This document shows, one piece after another, positions 12,861 to 23,746 of a stretch of DNA of 64,000 nucleotides. The stretch is from the NCBI RefSeq assembly GCF_039654945.1, contig NW_027361708.1, forward strand, positions 5,270,001 through 5,334,000, written 5' to 3'. Source of the stretch: Dendrobates tinctorius (Eukaryota). A program made the translations under genes and the position numbers. Under the pieces are notes generated by a model. That model ran no database searches and was not told where the DNA came from. It saw only the letters and a list, made by a program, of their open reading frames with translations. The first letter of the stretch is position 1, and every line of letters begins with the position of its first letter.

Positions 12861-15800
12861 TGTCATGGTCACGTGTGTCGGGACGCAGATGATGTCGCAA
12901 GGCGGACCCATAACACACGTGACCCTGGATACACCGCCTCCAGTGGGGCGCATTTAAATAATAAAACATGCAGGTGGATACGCCGCCTCCACCTGGCGAA
13001 TTTAGGTATTACACGTTATACATACAATAATCAAATAATAAAGGGGGAACCTGGGAAACTTTAACAATGGTGGGCCCTGCGATAGGGACTGGGGACATGG
13101 AGACCTCCTAAGCTCCCCTGAGCCAGTGTCCCTGCACTCCTTACATTCCCTAAACAGGCTCCGCACCTGTCGGTGCGGAGACTAATCCCACCACTGCACT
13201 AATAACACACATGAGGAAAGAGACAATACAGGGGAAACACCACTTAGCTTTGCTCTGTTGCGTGCGCTCCTAGCAACAGAGCCCTCCACCTGAGTGCATC
13301 TTCTCCTCCACCCGGATCCATCACCATAACAGGATCCTCCACCTTAGTGCAACCTTGGAGCAGAGTCCAACACCAGTTGCAGCTGCTTAGTACCAGAGTC
13401 TCAAGGAAGTGTTCAGTTTCTGCCACGAAGTCAAGCATGCTTGAGTCCAGCTCAGCAGCCAAGTCCCACATGGTGAGTGCCACTCTCCATAGTCGCCACT
13501 CCACCAGCCCATGCAGACACTTCCCGCTGATACCATCACTGCGACTCCACCACGCCATGCCAGCCCTTCGTCCAGACACCATAGCTGACACTCTTCCCCC
13601 CTGGCTAAGCTGCGCAGGACTCCTCACCAGCTCCATCCTTCATCCAGGCTCTCCAAAAACAGAGTGAACACAAACTCACAATATCACAGGCAGTGATTGC
13701 ACACCTCTAGCACACCTTTATAGGGTGTAACACCAGATACATGATTAAGTGCACAAAACCTAAAGTGCAATATCAAAACCACCACCGGGGACAGTCAAGA
13801 CACCTTGGAACTTTCCAAAGTAAAAAAAGTTCACCCAGTGATTTAAAACTGTCAGATCACTTCAGATCATGACAGTACCCCCTCCTTAATGAGGGGCCTC
13901 TGGACCCTCAAGACCACCCCTCATTAGGGAAACACCTACAGCGGGGACGCCCAGACCCTGAGTTCACCCCACCATTACCTGACACTTCAGGTTTATGACA
14001 AACGCACCGCTGGTATTGGTAATAAAGTTCATTTTGGAGGCACCACTCATCTCCACAGCACTGACCTGGGGAACGAGATTATGTATGTGTATGTATGCTA
14101 AGAGCTGATCAGACTCCACAACACATTTCCAAGATGTTTTTTGGTGGGACCCATACATGCTCGTTCACACACAGGTCCGGACCTGAACGTTTATTACACA
14201 CATTCGTTTGTCATTTTTTGGTGAACTCACTCTGGACTTGACAACAGAGGCGTCCCCCTGTGTCACCACACTCACACCCCCACTATTCACCAAGGGACAC
14301 CACCTTTCACCATGAGGACTGCGCCTCCTAGGGTTGGTTAATGGCGAGGGTAGAGATTTGTCCCTACTCCCCCGCAGCACACCAGCTGCTCACACCAGGA
14401 GGAGAAGGAACGCATATGGAGGAAATATACACTCACTGGCCGCCTCCACACGGCCAGGAGGGGCGGCTTCTACGGTGGTATTTGAAGATTTTGGCGTAAA
14501 CCCCGCGGACTCTACATCAGTCCGCTCATCACTGGAACGCACCCCTTCACCTCGGGGAACACCAAGCAGCTCCGTGGGGCACCATTCCTCCCACCTGCCT
14601 GGGTACGCCCACGTGCATGAGCAAGTCCCGCTCCCCAGCAGCGACTCCAGGGGCTTTTGCCAGACCCGCAATTTGCCAAAGCCACCATTTTTTTTTTCTC
14701 TCTGGTTATCTGAGCAGAGGCCCCAGACCGTGATAACTGCTGCTGCAGCAGCTCTAACACACCTTGCCGCTCCCCACTCACATCAGTGAGGCCCGGCAGC
14801 AATTACTCAGCGGTCTCCACATGGCCAAAGCTCACCAGAAAAAAAAAAACTGTAGGGCCTGTGATAATGTCATGATCACGTGTGTCAGGACGCAGATGTT
14901 TCCGCAAGGCGGACCCATAACACACGTGACCCTGGATACACCGCCTCCAGTGGGGCGCATTTAAATAATAAAACGTGCAGGTGGATACGCCGCCTCCACC
15001 TGGCGAATTTAGGTATTACACGTTATACATACAATAATCAAATAATAAAGGGGGAACCTGGGAAACTTTAACAATGGTGGGCCCTGCAATAGGGAAAAGG
15101 GAATTGGAGACCTCCTGAGCTCCCCTGAGCCAGTGTCCCTGCACTCCTAACGTTCCCTATGCCGGTTTCGCACCGGGTGCCGCACGCGTACCTTAACGCC
15201 CTTGCTCACCCTGACCCTAAACCCTCACTAGGAAATGGGTCGGTGCGGAGACTAATCCCACCACTGCACTAATAACACACATGAGGAAAGAGACAATACA
15301 GGGGAAACACCACTTAGCTTTGCTCTGTTGCGTGCGCTCCTAGCAACAGAGCCCTCCACCTGAGTGCATCTTCTCCTCCACCCGGATCCATCACCATAAC
15401 AGGATCCTTCACCTTAGTGCAACCTTGGAGCAGAGTCCAACACCAGTTGCAGCTGCTTAGAACCAGAGTCCCAAGGATGAGTTCAGCTGCTGACACGAAG
15501 TCGAGCATGCTTGAGTCCAGCTCAGCAGCCAAGTCCCACATGGTGAGTGCCACTCTCCATAGTCGCCACTCCACCAGCCCATGCAGACACTTCCCGCTGA
15601 TACCATCACTGCGACTCCACCACGCCATGCCAGCCCTTCGTCCAGACACCATAGCTGACACTCTTCCCCCCTGGCTAAGCTGCGCAGGACTCCTCACCAG
15701 CTCCATCCTTCATCCAGGCTCTCCAAAAACAGAGTGAACACAAACTCACAATATCACAGGCAGTGATTGCACACCTCTAGCACACCTTTATAGGGTGTAA

Positions 15801-15944
15801 CACCGGATACATGATTAAGTGCACAAAACCTAAAGTGCAATATCAAAACCACCACCGGGGACAGTCAAGACACCTTGGAACTTTCCAAAGTAAAAAAAGT
15901 TCACCCAGTGATTTAAAACTGTCAGATCACTTCAGATCATGACA
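12861..15944 (-). mobile_element. Non-autonomous two-LTR retroelement (Gypsy/Ty3, sushi/Tf1-like)
   Basis: LTRs TGTCATG...CATGACA at 12861-13874 and 14868-15944, with a 5-bp TSD CCCCT. Minus-strand PPT AAGGAGGGGGTAC (13887-13875) and PBS-position TATCACAGGC (14866-14857). The ~1-kb interior lacks pol. Confidence 0.9.
15752..15792 (-). promoter_or_regulatory. LTR TATA box and predicted transcript 5' end (self-primer)
   Basis: TATAAA at 15792-15787 (minus strand). GCCTGTGATA starts 31 nt downstream of the first T and is exactly complementary to the PBS. Confidence 0.65.
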
Positions 15945-16271
15945 CCCCTGCAGCGAATCACGCCATGTTTTACAAGGCATGCTGCGATTCGCTGGGCTAT
16001 ATAGCCCAGCGAATCACAGTGATTCTAGCTGCAGGGGGTCGGCGCGATGGCCACACACGGCGAGGGGACAAGCCCTGCTGCCGGTAAGTGCGGCCATCTA
16101 CCCCCGATCCCCGCGCGATTAGCGGCGGGGATGCTAAAGGGGTTGTGCCGTACTAGTACTGCTCTTGTCCTTTGGTCCAGGACGAGAGAGCAGTACTCGA
16201 ACGGCGCCCGATGCCAAGGGTTTTAATGTTTTTCTTTGTGTTTGCAGGTGTTTACTGACATATCTAATGGC

Positions 16272-16835
16272 ATGATGGAAGTACCAGCGAGGAAGAAATC
16301 ACGGATCAACTGTATCATACACTGCTCTAATGATGACAGTGATGATCTGGCGTCCCTACAGGATTTGGACTCCTGGAAAACATTGCTTAGTGCTGCAGAG
16401 ATCAGACAGCATGAATCCGTCCTGGAAGCAGCTAAGGGCCTTGAAGAACGAGAAATATCACACATACAATATCACCGTAAATGTCGTAGTCTCTTTACAA
16501 TGAAGAAGTCACTGGATTCTATCCTTGCCAAGGGTGTCAATGTCGAAACAGCAAGCGAAATCCCCAGGAGGAGGCTACCGAGGGGTACCCCCAGTGATAG
16601 CAGGGTGTATGCCAAAGTATGTATGTTCTGCGAGAAGTCAAGCAAGTATCTCAAAGGAGAAAAAACAAGGGAGCCAATCGTCCAGTGTGTTGAGCTACGA
16701 GCAGATGAGACGATCCGCAGAGCAGCGATAAGGAAAGGCACACAGAGAATCCTTGGTTTACTTAGCAGAGACCTTGTTGCTTCAGAGGGGCACAACCACA
16801 AGTCGTGCTACAAACTATTCACAAAAGATGATTCC
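16272..16835 (+). CDS. AcademX protein N-terminal segment (Cys/His motifs)
   Basis: CIIH..YHRKC and CMFC..HNHKSCY motifs; in frame with 17958 onward after LTR removal. Confidence 0.7.
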
Positions 16836-17952
16836 TGTCATGGTCACTGTGTGTCTGGGCGCAGGTGTTACCGCAAGGCGAACCCATAACACACGTGACC
16901 CTGGATACAGCGCCTCCAGCGGGGCGAATTTAAATAATAATACGTGCAGATGGATACACCGCCTCCACCTGGCGAATTTAGGTATTACACGTTAATAAAC
17001 ATTCTGGAAACCCCGCCTCCAGTATGGCGAATTTAAATAATAAGGGGGACCTGGGAAACATTAACAGTGGTGGGCCCTGCAATAGGGAAAAGGGAATTGG
17101 AGACCTCCTGAGCTCCCCTGAGCCAGTATCCCTGCACTCCTAACGTTCCCTATGCCGGTTTCGCACCGGGCGCCGCACGCGTACCTCAACGCCCTAGCTC
17201 GCCCTGAACCTAAACCCTCACTAGGGAATAGGTCGGTGCGGAAACTAATCCCACCACTGCACTAATAACACACATGAGGGAAAGAGACAATACAGGGGAA
17301 ACACCACTTAGCTTTATGCTCTGTGCTTATGCTCCTGCAACAGAGCCCTCCACCTGCGTGCGTCTTCTCCTCCACCCGGATCCATCACCATAACAGGATC
17401 CTGCACCATAGTGCTGCCTAGGAGCAGAGTCCACCACCAGTTGCTGCAGCTTAATAACAGAGTCCCAAGGATAAGTTCAGCTTCTGCCACGAAGTCAAGC
17501 ATGCTTGAGTCCAGCTCAGCAGCCAAGTCCCACATGGTGAGTGCCACTCTCCATAGTAGCCACTCCACCAGACCATGCAGACACTTCCCGCTGACACCAT
17601 CACTGCGACTCCACCACGCCATGCCAGCCCTTCGTCCAGACACCATCGCTGACACACGTCCCCCCTGGCTAAGCTGCGCAGGACTCCTCCTCAGGTCCAT
17701 CCTTTCACCAGGCTCTCACAAACTCAGAATAAATGAATCAGTATCACCAGCAGTGAGTGAACACCCTGAGACCCATTTATAGAGTCCAACACCTGAATTA
17801 TAATTAAGTGCACATTAACCTAAAACTAAAGCTAAGGTGCGATACCACTCACCACCACCGGGGACAGTCAAAACACCTTTGAACTTAACCAAAGTAAAAA
17901 AAAGTTCACTTTGTGCTTTTAATACTGCCAGATCCAACACTGGATCATGACA
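16836..17952 (-). mobile_element. Solo LTR, related subfamily of the 12861-15944 element
   Basis: TGTCATGG...TCATGACA ends, 5-bp TSD ATTCC (16831-16835 / 17953-17957), extensive similarity to the other two LTRs. Confidence 0.92.
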
Positions 17953-17957
17953 ATTCC

Positions 17958-20321
17958 CAAGTGGCCTTGTATATAAGGACTGAATTGTTCCCAAACCCAG
18001 AAGTACTGCCTATGATAAACCTCACATCTAGGCTTCAGAGATGCATGATGTCCCGTGGTGTCATCAAACTGAAACCATCGACAAAGAAACATGTTCGCCG
18101 AAAACTTGAAACAGAGTTTGGTGAATCACTCTGCTTTCTCTCCGATGAGAAAGGTAAGCTTCTAGTCTATCCATATAGCCTATCAATGGACAACCTTGCC
18201 CGGCAAGCACACAGCATGACAAAAGATCTGCAAGAAGCAAGAGCCGCTAACTCTGGAGATGTCGTAACCAAAGCAGCAATGCAGCTGAGGAATCAGATCA
18301 AGAAGCAAGATGTGAGTCAGCCATGGCCTCCCGATACAGATCAGAATGTCGTTCCTGCATTAGTCACTCAATTCCTGCAAACCCTGCTTACAGGAGATTG
18401 TCAGTGCCAAACTCCCTCTGAAAGAGCTCAACGTCTTGCCACATCCTTCAGCAGTGACTTGGTTTTTGCTGTTACCAATGGAAAGACAAAGCCACCCAAG
18501 CACGTACTGCTGTCCTTTGCAATTAAGTCTTTGACCGGCAATACAGAACTGGTTCGAACTCTGAATCGTCTTGGCCACTGTGTGTCATATTCAACGGCTG
18601 AGGAGATCGATACAGCCCTTTGTATCCAGAAGTTGGAATGTTCAACGGATGACATCCCAATGCCAGCAAATATCTTCCCTGGTGTGTTCACAACCTTGGC
18701 CTGGGATAACATTGACAGACTTGAGGAGACACTAAGTGGAGCAGGTACATCTCATAGAGTCAATGGCATCGCTGTTCAGTCCAATGTTGCATGCTCTGTG
18801 ACAAAAGTCCTGCCAGATGTAACCAAGTCGAAGAAAAGAAGCATAATTCCGACAGAATTAATGCTACCAATATACAATGTTGGGCGGTGGGGAGGGCCAC
18901 CCAGGATTGAGACTGCGAATGTTAACACTACCGAGGAGGTCCAGGATTCAAAAACCAAGAACCATATCTGGCTTCTGGCTAGAATGTCAGACCATGAGGA
19001 TCAGACCATTAGCAGTTGGACTGAGTTCAACTTCCAAATCCGCAGCGACATTGTAGTGGCCCAGGACACTGTAAGCTACCTGCCCACTATCAATGCTCCT
19101 GTAACAGCCATGTCCACTGTGAATGAAGTCTTGGAGCAAACACATGCCATCATGCAGACCCTGAAGCTTAACAGAATTGTGTGCGTGTTTGATCAAGCAC
19201 TCTATGCCAAAGCTGCCGAGGTTATCTGGAAACAGAAGTTCAAGAACATTATAATTAGAATGGGTGTCTTCCACACAATCTGTAATCTCCTCTCCATCAT
19301 AGGTAAGAGATTTCAGGATGCAGGCCTTAGAGATCTGTGTGTTGAATCCGGTGTCATCGCTGAAGGATCAGTGTCTGGAGTGATGGACGGCCGGAGGTAC
19401 AACAGAGCAGTGAGACTACACAAGCTGGTCTATGAAGCACTTATGAGGCTTGCATGGAAAAACTTCCTTCCATGGCTAGAAGAAAACCATGCAAGGGACC
19501 TTCACCATCTGGATGAAACACTGAAGAACATCACAAACTTTCGCATCAGTGTGTCGCAGGGATCCTTCAAAAAGTTCTTGGATAATGAATCTTGCACACT
19601 TACCCTGAAGCTCTTTCAAGTTTATCTTGAGACCTTCAGAAATGAACAACTCTCAGCATTCTGGATGTCATACTTGGACATGGTCGAGACCATGCTGACC
19701 CTGGTTCGAGCTTCAAGAGAAGGCAACTGGATGCTTCACCTAGGAGCAATCCGACAGATGATACTGTGGTGTTTTGCCTATGACAAGGTCAACTATGCCC
19801 GATACCTAACCTATTACTATGCTACGATGTCTCGGCTGCCCATAGACCACCCAGAGGTCCATGAATACTTCATGAAAGGTGGCTTTTCAGTCCAGATCGG
19901 TAGCAAGAATCCTTTTGGACGGATTCCTGTGGACCAGACCATCGAAGAAACAATCAACAAAGACACCCAGACACCAGGCGGCACAAAAGGCTTCAGCCTC
20001 AAAGTTGGAGCTGTCGCCAGATTCTACCTGACATCGGAGTACCGCAGCATGTACTTGAGGCAGCTGAGGGCCCTAGTAGGCCAACAATATACTGACTTCA
20101 GTCATTCAGACCTACAGGTGTCCAGGATTAGAAGAGATGAAGCCGATGTCCGATCTTTTGTTGAACTGCTGGAGACTGGTTGGTTGAACCCCTTCAACAA
20201 AGAGCATAATGGTGAACTTATCAGTTTATCAACAGAGACTGCAGCACCACCAGATGTAGCCAAAGACCTTCTAGGGTACATACAGTATAGGAGAGGATGC
20301 ATATCACACATTCAAGGATGA
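17958..20321 (+). CDS. AcademX DDE transposase domain segment
   Basis: Motifs AWDNID, VFDQALY, MGVFH, SREGNW, NYARYL and PVDQTIEE (putative D, D, H, E catalytic set) in an ~790-codon open frame. Confidence 0.8.
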   Translation, partial: QVALYIRTELFPNPEVLPMINLTSRLQRCMMSRGVIKLKPSTKKHVRRKLETEFGESLCFLSDEKGKLLVYPYSLSMDNLARQAHSMTKDLQEARAANSGDVVTKAAMQLRNQIKKQDVSQPWPPDTDQNVVPALVTQFLQTLLTGDCQCQTPSERAQRLATSFSSDLVFAVTNGKTKPPKHVLLSFAIKSLTGNTELVRTLNRLGHCVSYSTAEEIDTALCIQKLECSTDDIPMPANIFPGVFTTLAWDNIDRLEETLSGAGTSHRVNGIAVQSNVACSVTKVLPDVTKSKKRSIIPTELMLPIYNVGRWGGPPRIETANVNTTEEVQDSKTKNHIWLLARMSDHEDQTISSWTEFNFQIRSDIVVAQDTVSYLPTINAPVTAMSTVNEVLEQTHAIMQTLKLNRIVCVFDQALYAKAAEVIWKQKFKNIIIRMGVFHTICNLLSIIGKRFQDAGLRDLCVESGVIAEGSVSGVMDGRRYNRAVRLHKLVYEALMRLAWKNFLPWLEENHARDLHHLDETLKNITNFRISVSQGSFKKFLDNESCTLTLKLFQVYLETFRNEQLSAFWMSYLDMVETMLTLVRASREGNWMLHLGAIRQMILWCFAYDKVNYARYLTYYYATMSRLPIDHPEVHEYFMKGGFSVQIGSKNPFGRIPVDQTIEETINKDTQTPGGTKGFSLKVGAVARFYLTSEYRSMYLRQLRALVGQQYTDFSHSDLQVSRIRRDEADVRSFVELLETGWLNPFNKEHNGELISLSTETAAPPDVAKDLLGYIQYRRGCISHIQG

Positions 20322-20325
20322 GCGT

Positions 20326-21877
20326 TTGGGTACCGATACGCCAACTACACTGTTTCATGACAAGATGACGAAGAACAATCTTAAAACGTTCTCTAACATC
20401 AGAATGAAGACACACAGACAAGGCCTTGGCAAGGAGGTAATTTTGAAGGCTGACAGGAACCTATTTGGCCAGATGATACTTGTAGCTGAGAACAGAAAGC
20501 TACAAATGAGTGATGTCTTGACTCATCCCCTGGGGCCATTGCCATGGGCACTTGCCAACGGTGATGGGTCTATCCGCAACACCAACAAGGCTGCCCTAGC
20601 AAGGGAGTTGGAGAGGAATGCTCCTCCTGCAGAGGTGATCCCTGAGCCCTCTGCAACCATCATTGATGGGATGAGCCTGGTTCAGAAATTGAAGGGAAAC
20701 GATGCAACATTTGCCCAGCTAGCAGGCACAGCAATGAGTCGCGCTATCCATGAGGGTGCTAAGAGCAAGTGCATTGATATTGTCTTTGACGTCTACAAGG
20801 AGACATCCATCAAAGATACAGAAAGTCAACAGATATGAAGGCACAGGGATCCATTTCAAGAACATTCAACATGGGCACAACATCCAGCAGTGGAGAAAGC
20901 TACTAAGTAATTCCTCCAACAAGGCAAGTCTCATAAGGTTTCTGGTAGAAGAATGGAAGGCGAAACACCACAGGGAGAAGCTTGAGGAGAAGGAGATGTA
21001 TGTCACATGTGAGCAGCTCTGCTTTAAGATCACCAAAGAACAGTGGGAAGAGGCTGCTGACCTTAAGTCAAGTCAAGAAGAAGCAGACACACGCCTCCTT
21101 CTCCATGCTCTTCATGCAGCAGAATCTGGTTACAAGTCTGTCATCATCACTTCAGAGGATACTGATGTCATGGTCCTGTGTCTGGGCATGTGCCACAAAA
21201 TCCCATCCCACCTGTTCCAGAAATGCGGTACACAGAACCGGACAAGATTCCTGGATATCACCACTCTGAGCAGAACATTGGGAGGCAGCATGTGTGATTC
21301 ATTGATTGGTATGCATGCATTTACAGGCTGTGACACAGTCAGTGCATTCGCTGGCCGTGGTAGTTCATGGGAAGTGTCTCCCGAACTCTTTGAGAAGTTA
21401 CAGGAAATCACCTGCCACATGTACCTGCCAACTACCCAAACAACTGAGGTAAACAGGCTCTGGTATCAGCTGTTCTGTGCCAGACGTGGAGTGGTAGAGT
21501 CAAGTCAACTCCCTCCTTGCCAAGACTGCCTTTTCATGCATGCACTGCGTGCAAACTACCAGGCTGCGATCTGGAGGAGAAGTCTGCAGAGCCAGCCATT
21601 TGTTGCAAACCCAACAGACTGCGGTTGGATGATAGATAATGACGGAAAGCTTGTTGTCAAGTGGATGCGAGGGGCACCAGCACCAGAAGCTATTATCCAG
21701 CTACTGTCCTGCAAGTGTGTGCGGTCATGCGAACTTCCTCAGTGTACTTGCCTCAGCAATGGCCTGAAGTGCACGGACATGTGCAGGTTACAGACATGCC
21801 AGAACAAGGGTATTGAAGACGAGCCAGTAGAACAACAGTCAGATTCAGAGTCTGATGTTGAAGATATTATGGAGTAA
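20326..21877 (+). CDS. AcademX XPG/FEN1-like nuclease + Cys8 zinc finger segment (frameshifted near 20822)
   Basis: IIDGM, VFD, EEADT, SEDTD and TGCD acidic motifs of the XPG/FEN1 family; C-terminal CKC..C..CTC..C..C..C (8 Cys) and an acidic tail. Confidence 0.8.
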
Positions 21878-21917
21878 CGTTATATAATTATACATACACA
21901 CACAATATATATATATA

Positions 21918-23523
21918 CAGTGGGGCAAAAAAGTATTTAGTCAGTCAGCAATAGTGCAAGTTCCACCACTTAAAAAGATGAGAGGCGTCTGTAATTTACA
22001 TCATCGGTAGACCTCAACTATGGGAGACAAACTGAGAAAAAAAAATCCAGAAAATCACATTGTCTGTTTTTTTTTCATTTTATTTGCATATTATGGTGGA
22101 AAATAAGTATTTGGTCAGAAACAAGCAATCAAGATTTCTGGCTCTCACAGACCTGTAACTTCTTCTTTAAGAGTCTCCTCTTTTCTCCACTCATTACCTG
22201 TAGTAATGGCACCTGTTTAAACTTGTTATCAGTATAAAAAGACACCTGTGCACACCCTCAAACAGTCTGACTCCAAACTCCACTATGGTGAAGACCAAAG
22301 AGCTGTCAAAGGACACCAGAAACAAAATTGTAGCCCTGCACCAGGCTGGGAAGACTGAATCTGCAATAGCCAACCAGCTTGGAGTGAAGAAATCAACTGT
22401 GGGAGCAATAATTAGAAAATGGAAGACATACAAGACCACTGATAATCTCCCTCGATCTGGTGCTCCACGCAAAATCCCACCCCGTGGGGTCAGAATGATC
22501 ACAAGAACGGTGAGCAAAAATCCCAGAACCATGCGGGGGGACCTAGTGAATGAACTGCAGAGAGCTGGGACCAATGTAACAAGGCCTACCATAAGTAACA
22601 CACTACGCCACCATGGACTCAGATCCTGCAGTGCCAGACGTGTCCCACTGCTTAAGCCTGTACATATCCGGGCCCGTCTGAAGTTTGCTAGAGAGCATTT
22701 GGATGATCCAGAGGAGTTTTGGGAGAATGTCCTATGGTCTGATGAAACCAAACTGGAACTGTTTGGTAGAAACACAACTTGTCGTGTTTGGAGGAAAAAG
22801 AATACTGAGTTGCATCCATCAAACACCATACCTACTGTAAAGCATGGTGGTGGAAACATCATGCTTTGGGGCTGTTTCTCTGCAAAGGGGCCAGGACGAC
22901 TGATCCGGGTACATGAAAGAATGAATGGGGCCATGTATCGTGAGATTTTGAGTGCAAACCTCCTTCCATCAGCAAGGGCATTGATGATGAAACATGAGTG
23001 GGTCTTTCAACATGACAATGATCCAAAGCACACCGCCAGGGCAACGAAGGAGTGGCTTCGTAAGAAGCATTTCAAGGTCCTGGAGTGGCCTAGCCAGTCT
23101 CCAGATCTCAACCCTATAGAAAACCTTTGGAGGGAGTTGAAAGTCCGTGTTGCCAAGCGAAAAGCCAAAAACATCACTGCTCTAGAGGAGATCTGCATGG
23201 AGGAATGGGCCAACATACCAACAACAGTGTGTGGCAACCTTGTGAAGACTTACAGAAAACGTTTGACCTCTGTCATTGCCAACAAAGGATATATCACAAA
23301 GTATTGAGATGAAATTTTGTTTCTGACCAAATACTTATTTTCCACCATAATATGCAAATAAAATGAAAAAAAAACAGACAATGTGATTTTCTGGATTTTT
23401 TTTTCTCAGTTTGTCTCCCATAGTTGAGGTCTACCTATGATGTAAATTACAGACGCCTCTCATCTTTTTAAGTGGTGGAACTTGCACTATTGCTGACTGA
23501 CTAAATACTTTTTTGCCCCACTG
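21918..23523 (+). mobile_element. Full-length Tc1 element (IR/DR-type ends)
   Basis: CAGTGGGGCAAAAAAGTATT...AATACTTTTTTGCCCCACTG. ~200-bp TIRs with inner/outer repeats (AAGTATTTRGTCAG); inserted in a TA/CA microsatellite. Confidence 0.96.
22285..23307 (+). CDS. Tc1 DD34E transposase, intact 340 aa
   Basis: Paired-like HTH N-terminus with GAPRK, WSDE, QHDND and SPDLNPIE; 34 residues between the second D and E. Confidence 0.96.
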   Translation: MVKTKELSKDTRNKIVALHQAGKTESAIANQLGVKKSTVGAIIRKWKTYKTTDNLPRSGAPRKIPPRGVRMITRTVSKNPRTMRGDLVNELQRAGTNVTRPTISNTLRHHGLRSCSARRVPLLKPVHIRARLKFAREHLDDPEEFWENVLWSDETKLELFGRNTTCRVWRKKNTELHPSNTIPTVKHGGGNIMLWGCFSAKGPGRLIRVHERMNGAMYREILSANLLPSARALMMKHEWVFQHDNDPKHTARATKEWLRKKHFKVLEWPSQSPDLNPIENLWRELKVRVAKRKAKNITALEEICMEEWANIPTTVCGNLVKTYRKRLTSVIANKGYITKY

Positions 23524-23527
23524 TGTG

Positions 23528-23560
<33 letters not shown>

Positions 23561-23746
23561 CTACACACACACATTAGTATGGACAAGCCCATGACATGTT
23601 CAGTGTGTATTTACATATCTTGGATTAAATTTTGTTACAAATACTACATGCATTGTATTGACATTTTGGCATTTCCCCTAAATCGACCTTTAATCATTAT
23701 TTTTTGGAAATATAGGTAGAATCTATTCAAAAGGTAAAAATACCAT

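Larger units (their letters stand above)
11351..16226. mobile_element. piggyBac-type non-autonomous element in the left arm of AcademX
   Basis: TTAAccccttcaggcc ... cgatgccaagggttTTAA; interrupted by the LTR element at 12861-15944. Confidence 0.7.
16272..21877 (+). pseudogene. AcademX transposase-XPG-Cys8 polyprotein (~1490 aa reconstructed), disrupted
   Basis: ATG at 16272 follows a tttgcag acceptor-like site. Removing the solo LTR plus one TSD restores the frame (..LFTKDDS|QVALYIR..). Frameshifts near 20277 and 20822; stop TAA ends at 21877. Confidence 0.85.

Noticed and set aside
13875-14867. Possible gag/protease remnant (SGASKMNFI) in the LTR element interior
   Set aside because: Too degenerate, with no catalytic DSG/DTG; not called as a CDS.
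13244-17782. Thrice-repeated 106-130-aa ORFs
   Set aside because: They lie within the three LTR copies; recurrence reflects LTR homology and no domain is recognisable.
17913-21877. Host gene (tesmin/CXC-domain or FEN1/XPG repair gene)
   Set aside because: Intronless, disrupted, and enclosed by TIRs with a TSD; fits a transposon.
22194-22934. 246-aa antisense ORF
   Set aside because: Shadow frame of the Tc1 transposase.
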